NCBI GenBank assembly: GCA_005883965.1
Contig: VAWL01000069.1
Span: forward strand, 1 to 49,297
Reading direction: 5' to 3'
Source of the DNA: Actinomycetota bacterium
GTDB taxonomy: Bacteria > Actinomycetota > Thermoleophilia > Gaiellales > Gaiellaceae
Length of the DNA: 49,297 nt
Positions 35,226 through 43,662 of the stretch are shown one piece after another. Position 1 is the first letter of the stretch, and each line of letters opens with the position of its first letter. The position numbers and the translations under genes are program-made. Under the pieces are notes generated by a model. It saw only the letters and a list, made by a program, of their open reading frames with translations, ran no database searches and was not told the origin of the DNA.

Positions 35226-36262
35226 GAAGCAAGCTTCTCGTACAGCGCAAGGAAACCGGCGACGAGCGCGTCGTCCGAGCCTGCACCCTCGACCCGCTTG
35301 CCCGCCTCGGCCAGGCGCGCGGCGAGCTCGCTGTCGTCCAACACGCGCCCCAGCGCGGCCGCGAGAGCTTCCGGCTCCTCGGGGACGAGCAGCGCGTCCT
35401 GGCCATCGGTCACCAGCTCGCGGAGGCCGCGCACGTCCGTCGCGACGAGCGGCGTGCCGGACGCCAGCGCCTCGAGGGCGCTGAGCGGCAGGCCTTCCCA
35501 GCGAGAGGAGAGCACGATCGCGTCCGCGTCACCCATCAGCGCGCGCACGTCGGGCCTGACCCCGAGGAAGCGAACGCGCCCGTTGACGCCTTCCTCCGCC
35601 GCCACGCGCTCGAGGCTTGGGCGCAGCGGCCCGTCGCCGGCGATCGCGAGCACCGCATCGGGCACCCTGGCGAGCGCGCGGATCGCCAGCCCATGGTTCT
35701 TCTGCTCGACGAGGCGGCCGACCGTGAGCACGAGCCGTTCGCCGGGTTCGAGGCCGAGATGCTCGCGCCCGGCGGGCGGCGGCGCGGGCCCGACCGCGTT
35801 CGGCACCGTCGCGAGCGGGGTGCAGCCGTGCTCGGCGAGCGCTGCGGCCACGCCGGGACCGCAGGCGACCGGAGCGAGCCCTGAGAGGCGGACGAGGCGC
35901 ACCGCCGAGGGCCAGTCCTTCTCGGGCACGCCGTGGATATTCACGAGGCTCGGCGGCCGGCTGCCCCGTCGCGTCGCCAGGCCGGCTGCGAGCGCCATCG
36001 TCGGGTTGTGCGCGTGGACGACGTCGGGCCGGGTCGCGCCCACGGCCCGGCGCACGGCCAGCGCCGCAGCCGGAACGCGCCAGGGCTTCCGATGCACGAG
36101 CGGCAGAGGATAGGGCTCCCCGTCGAGCTCCTTCGCCAGCGGGCCCGGCGCGGCGGCGACGAACACCTCGTGGCCGGCCTCGCGCGCACCGCGGTAGGCG
36201 GAGACCAGGATCCGCTCCGCCCCGCCGGTTCCGAGCTCCTGGATCACGTGGAGGATCCGCAA
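35222..36262 (-). CDS. glycosyltransferase family 4
   Basis: MRILHVIQELGTGGAE (TTG start), VVHAHN, and the C-terminal EGLPLSALEALASGTPLVATDVRGLRELV E-x7-E region. Confidence 0.88.
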   Translation of the reverse strand: MRILHVIQELGTGGAERILVSAYRGAREAGHEVFVAAAPGPLAKELDGEPYPLPLVHRKPWRVPAAALAVRRAVGATRPDVVHAHNPTMALAAGLATRRGSRPPSLVNIHGVPEKDWPSAVRLVRLSGLAPVACGPGVAAALAEHGCTPLATVPNAVGPAPPPAGREHLGLEPGERLVLTVGRLVEQKNHGLAIRALARVPDAVLAIAGDGPLRPSLERVAAEEGVNGRVRFLGVRPDVRALMGDADAIVLSSRWEGLPLSALEALASGTPLVATDVRGLRELVTDGQDALLVPEEPEALAAALGRVLDDSELAARLAEAGKRVEGAGSDDALVAGFLALYEKLAS

Positions 36263-37240
36263 AGCTCCTCGTAGAGCTCGATCGTCCGGCGGATGAAGGC
36301 GTCGACGGAGAAGCTCTCGGCGACGCGCTCCCGCGCTCGCCGGCCGAGCGCTTCGCGCCGCTCCCGGCTCTCGGCCAGCGAGTCGAGCGCGGCCGCGAGG
36401 GCCGCCGCATCCTCCGGCTCGACCAGGAGGCCCGTCTCGCCATCGAGTACGAGCTCAGGGATGCCGCCGACACGCGCGCCGACGATCGGGAGGCCGGCGG
36501 CCATCGCCTCGAGCACGGCAAGCGGGAAGTTGTCCGCCCGAGAGGGCTGGACGAGGACGTCGAGGCCGGCCAGCGGCTTCCGCAGGTCGGCGACGAAGCC
36601 GTGGAAGCGCGTGTCGACGCCGAGCTCCCGTGCCTGCCGCTCGAGCGAGTCGCGCTGCGAGCCGGTCCCGTAGATCTCCAACCGAACCGGGCTCCGCGCG
36701 AGGGCCGCCGCCTCGAGCAGGAGGTCGATGCCCTTCCACACCTCGAGGTTGGTCACGGCGCCGGCGACCAGCGCCCGCCCGTCGTCGTGCGCCGAGGCGC
36801 GCGAGTGAGGCCTCGAGTGGCAGATAGCCGTGCAGCAGCCATTCCAGGCGCGCCCGCGAGACTCCGGGCGGAACGGGCGCCTCGGGGCGGCCGACGCGAA
36901 CCGCGATCTCTTCCGGCATCCCGTGCAGGGTATGGAGGACGCGCGCCCCGCGCAGGCGGCCGCCGATTCGGCCGAACAGACCGGCGCGGCGGTCGTGCGT
37001 GTGGACGAGGTCTGCGCCCGCCAGGCGGTTCGCAAGTGCATGCCCACCGCGCAGATCGAGCTTGTGCCCGACCGACACCGCCTCGGCGTCGACGCCCAGG
37101 CGCCGGAAGCTCGCGGCCACGTCCTCGCTCGCACAGAGCACGCGCACGTCGACCCCCTGCTCGGCCACGCGCGGCGCGAGCTGCCTCAGGTGCGAGACCG
37201 GGCCGCCGCGCTCGATGGTCGAGACGTATGTGACCTTCAT
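36244..37240 (-). pseudogene. glycosyltransferase family 4, frameshifted (junction about 36775-36800)
   Basis: The N-terminal domain MKVTYVSTIERGGPVSH...VHTHDRRAG...LHTLHGMPEE...LEASLARLG is in the frame of track ORF 36455..37480. The C-terminal domain ALVAGAVTNLEVWKGIDLL...NFPLAVLEAMAAGLPIVGARVGGIPELV is in the frame of ORF 36244..37134. The segment normally between the domains looks shortened. Confidence 0.65.
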
Positions 37241-38598
37241 CCGGCGGGCGTTGCCGTGCCGACGGCCTCGGCCTCGTGGCCGCGGACCCAGATGGCAGCG
37301 GCGAGCCCGCCGATCAGCCAGAACGGCAGGAAGTACTGCTCCGAGAGGAACAGCGAGCTGACGGCAGCGATCACGAGCGAGATGCGCAGCGCGCTGACGA
37401 AGCCGTAGTCGCCGTAACCGCGGTGCAGGGAGTCCGTCAGACGGGTTAAGGCCAGCAGCAGGAAAAGGGCGAGCAGACACATCGCGATCACGCCTAGCTC
37501 GGCCCCGACGTCGAGGAGCGCGTTGTGCGCAACCGTGAGCGTCAGGCCCCCGACGGGCTGGCCGGTCAGCTTGTTGAAGTAGAACTGGAAGTTCCCGGGC
37601 CCGACGCCGAGCAGCGGGTGGTCGGCCATCAGCCGACCGGCGGCGCCCCAGGCCTGGAAGCGTGTGGTGACGTTCTCGTGCGCAATGTGCTGCTTCAGCG
37701 TCAGCGCCCGCTGGAAGCGCTGCGGGTTGCTCTGGATGACCAGGACCACGCCCACCGTCGCGACCGCCCCGGCGGCCAGCGTCAGCTGCCAGCGCCGCCG
37801 ATGGGTGAGCAGGAAGAGGACGAAGCCGGCGGCAAGGCCGACAAGGGCGCCGCGCGAGAGGCTGAGCAGGATCGCCGCCGAGACGAGACCGATCGCACCC
37901 AGCACAAAGGGCCGCAGCAGCTTCGGGCCGTCCAGCACGACGAACATCAGCGGCAGCGCGGTGGCGAGCACGAAGGCGAAGTCGTTCTGACTCACGTAGG
38001 GCAGCGTCGCGAGGTCCTCCTTCTTCGCCAGGTACTCGTGGAGGCCGAGGTAGGCGGCGACCGAGCAGGAGACGACCAGCGCCCAGGCGATCCGGCGCTG
38101 CAGGACGCGGTCGTGGCCGTACTGCGTGACGATCAGGTAGACGAGCGCGAAGCTGGCATAGCGCGTGGTGGTCATCATCGCGGTCGAGGTGTCGTGCGCC
38201 TGCAGCGTCGACACGAGGGCCAGCGCGAGGATCCCGAGTACGATCGCCTGCCCGCGCTCGAACACGAGCGTGCGCCGCTGGCGGACCAGCGAGAGTGCGA
38301 AGCTGGCGATGCAGAGGCCGCCGGTCAGCTTTGTGACGCTGATCCCGCTCCCTGCCGTCGAGGAGAAGGCGCCTTCGATCGGCGCGACGGCGACGACCAG
38401 CACGATCGCGAGGTCGGTGCGGGCGAGGAAGACCAGCACTGCCGCCGCGCCGAAGACGGCCAGTGCGGCGGTGACCGGCAGCATGACCGCGCCCAGCGCG
38501 AGCACGCCGGCCGCCGCGGCGAGCCAGAGCAGACCGAGCAGCTCGAGCGCGTCCGGACGGCGGCGCCCGAGCGCCGCCTCCATGCGGGCCACCAGCAT
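37237..38598 (-). CDS. O-antigen ligase / Wzy-type polymerase family membrane protein
   Basis: 453 aa with about 10-12 hydrophobic helices. It has the periplasmic-loop region typical of the Wzy_C family (RGALVGLAAGFVLFLL, AHNALLDVGAELG). Confidence 0.75.
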   Translation of the reverse strand: MLVARMEAALGRRRPDALELLGLLWLAAAAGVLALGAVMLPVTAALAVFGAAAVLVFLARTDLAIVLVVAVAPIEGAFSSTAGSGISVTKLTGGLCIASFALSLVRQRRTLVFERGQAIVLGILALALVSTLQAHDTSTAMMTTTRYASFALVYLIVTQYGHDRVLQRRIAWALVVSCSVAAYLGLHEYLAKKEDLATLPYVSQNDFAFVLATALPLMFVVLDGPKLLRPFVLGAIGLVSAAILLSLSRGALVGLAAGFVLFLLTHRRRWQLTLAAGAVATVGVVLVIQSNPQRFQRALTLKQHIAHENVTTRFQAWGAAGRLMADHPLLGVGPGNFQFYFNKLTGQPVGGLTLTVAHNALLDVGAELGVIAMCLLALFLLLALTRLTDSLHRGYGDYGFVSALRISLVIAAVSSLFLSEQYFLPFWLIGGLAAAIWVRGHEAEAVGTATPAG

Positions 38599-38603
38599 TG
38601 CCG

Positions 38604-39866
38604 TCAGCGGCGGGCCCGGCGCTTCTCGGACAGCCGCTGCGTGCGGGTCTGGCCGTCCTCCTCGCCGGTGGGGCGCACGTAGTAGCTCGAGCCGCGGACG
38701 GCGAGCGAATAGTTGAGGACGGCCGCGGTCGGTTTGACCGAGATCAGCTCTAGCCGCTCGATCGCGGTGCGCACGTGGCGGCGAACGGCGACCCCGGCCT
38801 TGGCGACGAGCTCCAGCCGGGCGAGCAGAGACGGGAACTCGTTGGTCAGCAGCTCGACCGGGTCGGCCGAGCGGCGGCCGCCGACGAGCACGTCGAGCCC
38901 GTCGTTGGTGTGGCGGACGGCCTCCTCGAGCGGCACCTCGCCGAGGAGGACGTCCATCAACCCCGGCGTGCGCTGCAGGACGAGCAGCTCGGCCACGCGC
39001 CCCCGGCGGAGATCGGCGTCGACGAGCAGCGTTCTGGTGCCGGCCCGCGCGAGCGTGGCGGCGAGGCCGAAGGCGACGGTTGTCTTGCCGTGGCTGCCGT
39101 CGGGGCTGGTGACGACGATCGAGCGGGTGCTCTCGTCCGTGAAGAGCAGGTTCGTGCGCAGGTCGCGCAGGGCTTCGGCCACGACACGCAGCCTCGCGTT
39201 GGTCGCGAGGTCCTCGGGCGAGTGGAGCTTGAGGATCGCGGTCTCGGCCGGGATCTCCGCGAAGACCGGCAGGCCGCTCACCGCGGCCAGGTCGTCGGCG
39301 CTCTCAACCTTCGTCGTCAGACTCTCCCGCAGGAGCGCTGCGCCGAGGCCGAGCCCGAGCCCGAGCAGGAAAGCGACGAGCAGCGTCAGCTTCGTGCGCG
39401 GGAAAACCGGGGCGGTGGGAAGCGCGGCCGGGTCGGCCATGATGAGGTTGACCGAGTGGATCTGAAGCTCGCCGTTCTGGTCGCGGTTGAGCAGCGCCTG
39501 GGCGACCCCGGCTGCGGTCAGCTGCGCGAGGCGCGGACTGCTGCAGCGCGCGTGGATCTTCATGATCGGGGTGCCCTTGAAGGTCTCGACCGAGGTGTTG
39601 CAGAGGTTGATGCCGACGAGCTGCCGTGCCTGACTCAGCGTGGCGTGCGAGGTGGCGGCGTCGGCGTAGTAGGGCGAGATCGTGTCCAGCAAGCCGAAGA
39701 AGACGATGTCGTTCTGCTTCGGGATCAGCGCGATCGTCGCAGTCGATTCGTACTGCTTCTTCACGAGCTTCGTTGCCGCATACGACGGGATCACGACCGC
39801 GAGGGTCACGATCACGATCAGCAGCTTTCGCCGCCAGAACACGCGCAAGAGATCGTTGAGAGTCAC
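38604..39866 (-). CDS. Wzz-domain / BY-kinase (polysaccharide co-polymerase tyrosine autokinase), apparently lacking Walker B
   Basis: GTG at 39866 follows GAGAAAGG. N-terminal TM (LLIVIVTLAVVIPSYAA), second TM (LTLLVAFLLGLGLGLGAALL), Walker A SPDGSHGKTT, Walker A' LLVDADLRRG, short C-terminal SSYYV. No hhhhDtPP Walker B is visible. Confidence 0.8.
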   Translation of the reverse strand: MTLNDLLRVFWRRKLLIVIVTLAVVIPSYAATKLVKKQYESTATIALIPKQNDIVFFGLLDTISPYYADAATSHATLSQARQLVGINLCNTSVETFKGTPIMKIHARCSSPRLAQLTAAGVAQALLNRDQNGELQIHSVNLIMADPAALPTAPVFPRTKLTLLVAFLLGLGLGLGAALLRESLTTKVESADDLAAVSGLPVFAEIPAETAILKLHSPEDLATNARLRVVAEALRDLRTNLLFTDESTRSIVVTSPDGSHGKTTVAFGLAATLARAGTRTLLVDADLRRGRVAELLVLQRTPGLMDVLLGEVPLEEAVRHTNDGLDVLVGGRRSADPVELLTNEFPSLLARLELVAKAGVAVRRHVRTAIERLELISVKPTAAVLNYSLAVRGSSYYVRPTGEEDGQTRTQRLSEKRRARR

Positions 39867-39933
39867 GTCACCTTTCTCGCAAAGCGAGGGTCCCAGAGCA
39901 GGTTCGGGGGCACCGAACAATACCCTTCGTACG

Positions 39934-41031
39934 GTGAAGCCATGCCGAATTCTGATGGCCGCGCAGCCGATGGACGGCGGTGTCGCGCGGCACGTCGTCT
40001 CCCTCGTCGAGGCGCTGCCACGTGAGCGCTTCGCGGTCGACGTCGCCTGCCCGCGCGGCTCGCTGACCTGGGCCAGCCTCGAGGGTGCCGCCGGGGTCGA
40101 GCTGCACGCGATCGGGTCGCACCGTCGGCCGGCGCTCAGCGACGCGCGCACTCTGATGGCGCTGCTACCGCTCGTCGGCCGGGCCGACGTCGTGCATGTG
40201 CACTCCTCGAAGGCTGGCTTCCTCGGTCGGCTCGCCTCCCTGCCGCGCCGGAAGCGGCGCGCGTGCGTCTTCACTCCGCACGGCTGGTCGTTCTGGGCGG
40301 CTGACGGCGCGGAAGGGCGGCTGTACGCCGGGCTCGAGCGGGTCGCCGCCGGCTGGTGCGGCGCGATCGTCGCCCTGTCGGAAGACGAGCGCGCGGCAGG
40401 CCTAGCCCAGGGCGTCGGCCGGCCGGAGCTCTACCGCGTGATCCCGAACGGCGTCGACCTGGCGCGCTTCTCCCTACCGCGAGAGCCGGTTCGCGGCCGG
40501 ATCCTCACGGTCGGCCGCCTGGCCCCGCCGAAGCGGCCCGACCTGGCCCTCCGCGCGCTGGCGCAGGTGCGCGAACGGATCCCGGAGGCCGAGCTTTGGG
40601 TGGTCGGCGACGGGCCGCTGAGGGCGGACGCCGAGCGGCTGGCCGGCGAGCTCGGGGTCACCGAGGCGACTCGTTTCGTCGGCCACCGAGACGACGTTCC
40701 CGAGCTGCTCGCCACGGCCGAGTGCGTGCTGCTGGCGAGCGACTACGAGGGCTGTCCGCTGTCCGTCGTCGAGGCAATGGCCGCCGGGCTCGGGGTTGCG
40801 GCCACCGACGCGGGCGGAATAGGCGAGCTCGTGCGGCCGGGGGAGACGGGCGCACTGAGTGCGAAAGGCGACCCGGAAGGGCTGGCCGAGGCGCTCGAGC
40901 TGGTGCTCTCGCAGTCGGGCGAAATGGGCGCCGCCGGTCGGCGAATCGCCGAGGCAGAGCTGTCCCTCGACACGATGGTGGGACGTCTCGTGGGCCTCTA
41001 CGACCAGCTGATGGCTCGAATGAGGGAGTAG
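39934..41031 (+). CDS. glycosyltransferase family 4
   Basis: RILMAAQPMDGGVARHV, VVHVHSSKAG, and EGCPLSVVEAMAAGLGVAATDAGGIGELV. The start is either GTG 39934 or ATG 39955. Confidence 0.88.
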   Translation: MKPCRILMAAQPMDGGVARHVVSLVEALPRERFAVDVACPRGSLTWASLEGAAGVELHAIGSHRRPALSDARTLMALLPLVGRADVVHVHSSKAGFLGRLASLPRRKRRACVFTPHGWSFWAADGAEGRLYAGLERVAAGWCGAIVALSEDERAAGLAQGVGRPELYRVIPNGVDLARFSLPREPVRGRILTVGRLAPPKRPDLALRALAQVRERIPEAELWVVGDGPLRADAERLAGELGVTEATRFVGHRDDVPELLATAECVLLASDYEGCPLSVVEAMAAGLGVAATDAGGIGELVRPGETGALSAKGDPEGLAEALELVLSQSGEMGAAGRRIAEAELSLDTMVGRLVGLYDQLMARMRE

Positions 41032-41061
41032 CCCCGGAGCCAGGCGGACGATGCACACGGC

Positions 41062-42690
41062 GTGAACGCCGCAGGTTCACGCAGGTTCGCCGTCTTCGCC
41101 GCCGTCCTCGCCGTTCTCGTCCTTTCCGGCCCCGGAGGCCAGCAGGCTGCAAGCGCTGCCTCCTCTCCACAGGCGAACATCGCCGCGCTCCGGATCTGCA
41201 CCGGCTGCGCGCAGAGCGGCGGCGACCTCTCCCGGTACGGATTCGTGGTCCTCAACTCGTGGGACGCCCCGCTCTTGCCCGCGTTGAAGGCCGCGAACCC
41301 GGGGCTGAAGGCGCTCGTCTACAAGAACCTCTCCTTCACCGTCGCAGGCGCCTGCTCGGGCGGCGTCGACCAGCACAACCTGCCGGCCGGCGTCGGCTAC
41401 TGCGATGCGAACGCCAACCACCCCGACTGGTTCCTGACCGACCCGTCGGGCAACCGCCTCAACTCTGCCTACTTCCCGGGCTCGTGGATGATGGACGCCG
41501 GCAACCCGGCCTATCAATCGAAGTGGCTCTCGAACGTGCTTGCCGACGTGCATGCGGGCGGTTGGGACGGCGTCTTCATGGACGACACGAACGCCGACAT
41601 GAGCTGGCACCTGAACGGGCGGACGATCGCCAAGTACCCGACCTCAGCGGCTTGGCGGGCCGCGACGCGCTCGATGCTCGCCGCCGTCGGGCCGGGCCTC
41701 ACGTCCGCCGGCGTCCTCGCCGTCCCGAACCTCTCCACCCCCTGGGCCTCCGACTACGACGCGCAGGCGACCTGGAAGGACTGGATCCAGTTCACCTCGG
41801 GCGCCGCCCAGGAGTTCTACTCGAAGTGGGGCTCCACGAGCTCGGGCTGGTTCGCCGGCAGCGACTGGACCTTCCGCCAGCAATTCCAGGCGATCACCGA
41901 GCAGGCCGGGAAGATCTTCCTCGGGATCACCTACGCACCCTCGACGGACACGCGCTCGATGGCCTGGGCGCGGGCCAACTTCCTCCTCTTCGACGAGCCG
42001 GCCAACCACGGCGCCCTCATGTATGAGCTGAGCGACCCCGAGGCGCAGGACCCCTACTCGTCCGTCTGGGCGGCCGACGTCGGCTCGCCGACCGGAGCGC
42101 GCTTCCAGGTCGGCTCCGCCTGGCGCCGGAACTTCTCGGCCGGGACGGTGCTCGTCAACCCGACCTCCTCGACGCTGACCGTGCAGCTCGACCAGCCTTA
42201 TCTCGGCGCAGGCGGCACGCTCATGAGCTCGGTGACGCTCGGCCCGACGAGCGGCGCGATCCTGCGCTCGACCCTCCAACCGCCCGCGCCCCCACCCGCA
42301 CCGCCGCCGCCCCCGCCGCCACCGCCGCCGCCGCCGCCGCCACCGCCACCGCCCGCGCCGTCCTCGATCACGCTCAACCTGACGATCTCGGGCACCTCGG
42401 TGCGGCTCAACTGGAGCGGGGTCGCCGGTAGTCGCGCCGATGTCTTCCGCAACGCCACCCGCGTCGCAACCACCGCGAACGACGGCTCCTACACGGACAA
42501 GCTGCCGAAGCGTGCCAAGGGGACGTTCTCCTACAAGGTCTGCGCGGCCGGGACGCAGACGTGCTCGCAGACCGTCTCGGTCGGCATCGGTGGCTTGGCC
42601 CAATACGCCGGTCACGCCGTTTCCCCCTGGACGCCGCTGATGAGGTTCTACGAGCCCCAGGCCGGACGCTTCCTCGCCAGGCACCGGTAG
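41062..42690 (+). CDS. secreted putative glycoside hydrolase (GHL15 / GH114-like TIM barrel) with polyproline linker and C-terminal Ig/FN3-like domain
   Basis: Signal peptide MNAAGSRRFAVFAAVLAVLVLSG. NHPDWFLTDPSGN...MMDAGNPAYQSKW...GGWDGVFMDDTN resembles hypothetical GH-like family 15 and GH114 barrels. The proline tract is followed by a beta-rich ~110-aa tail. Confidence 0.6.
   Translation: MNAAGSRRFAVFAAVLAVLVLSGPGGQQAASAASSPQANIAALRICTGCAQSGGDLSRYGFVVLNSWDAPLLPALKAANPGLKALVYKNLSFTVAGACSGGVDQHNLPAGVGYCDANANHPDWFLTDPSGNRLNSAYFPGSWMMDAGNPAYQSKWLSNVLADVHAGGWDGVFMDDTNADMSWHLNGRTIAKYPTSAAWRAATRSMLAAVGPGLTSAGVLAVPNLSTPWASDYDAQATWKDWIQFTSGAAQEFYSKWGSTSSGWFAGSDWTFRQQFQAITEQAGKIFLGITYAPSTDTRSMAWARANFLLFDEPANHGALMYELSDPEAQDPYSSVWAADVGSPTGARFQVGSAWRRNFSAGTVLVNPTSSTLTVQLDQPYLGAGGTLMSSVTLGPTSGAILRSTLQPPAPPPAPPPPPPPPPPPPPPPPPPAPSSITLNLTISGTSVRLNWSGVAGSRADVFRNATRVATTANDGSYTDKLPKRAKGTFSYKVCAAGTQTCSQTVSVGIGGLAQYAGHAVSPWTPLMRFYEPQAGRFLARHR
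42280..42360 (+). repeat. proline-codon tract (CCN)n encoding PPAPPPA-P18-AP linker
   Basis: 18 consecutive Pro codons at 42301-42354, counted by hand. Low-complexity CCG/CCA/CCC run. Confidence 0.95.
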
Positions 42691-42747
42691 CAGTAGACCG
42701 CGACTAGCTCGGGCTCCGCGCGAGGCCGACATACGCCGACGCGGTCG

Positions 42748-43662
42748 TCAGTCGAGCAGCCCCCGGCTCTCGAGCAAGCGTGCGTAGCGGGCGATTACGC
42801 GCGGAGAGACATTGACCAGTTGCCCCGAGGCTCCTCCGCGCGCGGTCAGATCGGCGATCCGGTACAGCTCCGCTCCCCGCTCGAGCACTTCGCCCGAGAG
42901 TGCCCACAGCGGGGAGTCGATTGTGCCGACGAGCCATCCTGGCTTGCGGCTGCGGAGGAGCCGCCGCTCCGGGCTCCTGAGGTCGCGTACCGCGCCGACC
43001 GTGTAGAAGGGCGACCATCCATCCCAGTTCCCGGCGGTGAGGGTCAGCGCGACGAAGTCTTCGCGCCGATAGACGACGGCGGGTCGCCCAAAGGCCGCCT
43101 TCGTCCACATGTACGAGAAGCCGGCACTGCGGACGGCCTCGGCCAGGCCTCGGTCGAGCTCACCCGGCCGCTGGTCCTCGAAGGGCCGCCTGGGTTCGAA
43201 CAGCCGATCGAGCGAGATGCGCCGAGCAAGCCTCCCGGCCAACGCGCGTGCGTCTGTCCCGGCCGGACCAGGTTCGCCTACGGGCTCGGGCACCGCCCCG
43301 CGTGGTGTGAACAGCAGTTTCGGGCGGCCGGAGCGCCGCGCCACGCGCCGTGGCGAGATTGGCTGCAGAGGCGCGTCCAGGAGGGGCCACCAACCCTCGG
43401 GCCGCAGCGTCTCCGTCAGTCGTTCCGTCGCGGAGGCCAACGCCTCCCGCAGCCCTTCTGCGAAGGCTTCCTGAGGAAGCGACACCTCGGCCGCGACGGC
43501 CCGTCCGGTGCTGCCCAGCATCGGCTCCAGCAGGCCCAACACGCCACCCCTCTCCGGTGGCACGCCGAGCAGGAAGAGGGGCGAGCTTCCAGCCAGCTCC
43601 AGAGCCTCCGCCGTGGTCACGAGGCCCGCAGCCAGCCCCGTCTCCGCGATGAGATCAAGCAC
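42748..43662 (-). CDS. hypothetical protein (polysaccharide-locus ORF B)
   Basis: Good codon bias from about 43745 downward. GTG at 43662 overlaps the stop of ORF A by 8 nt. An in-frame TTG at 43722 is an alternative start. No family recognised. Confidence 0.55.
   Translation of the reverse strand: MLDLIAETGLAAGLVTTAEALELAGSSPLFLLGVPPERGGVLGLLEPMLGSTGRAVAAEVSLPQEAFAEGLREALASATERLTETLRPEGWWPLLDAPLQPISPRRVARRSGRPKLLFTPRGAVPEPVGEPGPAGTDARALAGRLARRISLDRLFEPRRPFEDQRPGELDRGLAEAVRSAGFSYMWTKAAFGRPAVVYRREDFVALTLTAGNWDGWSPFYTVGAVRDLRSPERRLLRSRKPGWLVGTIDSPLWALSGEVLERGAELYRIADLTARGGASGQLVNVSPRVIARYARLLESRGLLD

Noticed and set aside
39867-40274. N-terminal 136-aa extension of the BY-kinase track ORF (38604..40274)
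   Set aside because: The extension reads through the divergent promoter region and antisense into the GT4 gene, and it is Arg/Ser-rich. The Wzz-type N-terminus with its TM helix begins at GTG 39866, behind a GAGAAAGG ribosome-binding site.
40356-42026. 556-aa plus-strand ORF spanning the GT4 and hydrolase genes
   Set aside because: Out of frame with two well-supported genes and crosses their intergenic gap. Extremely Arg/Gly-rich.
42198-42473. Poly-Gly ORF on the minus strand
   Set aside because: It is simply the complement of the proline-codon tract within the secreted hydrolase gene.
43190-43205. GGTTCGAAC, a T-loop-like string that might indicate a tRNA
   Set aside because: It lies inside ORF B. 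No acceptor stem, D-arm or anticodon arm can be folded around it. I recognised no tRNA or rRNA gene anywhere in the window.
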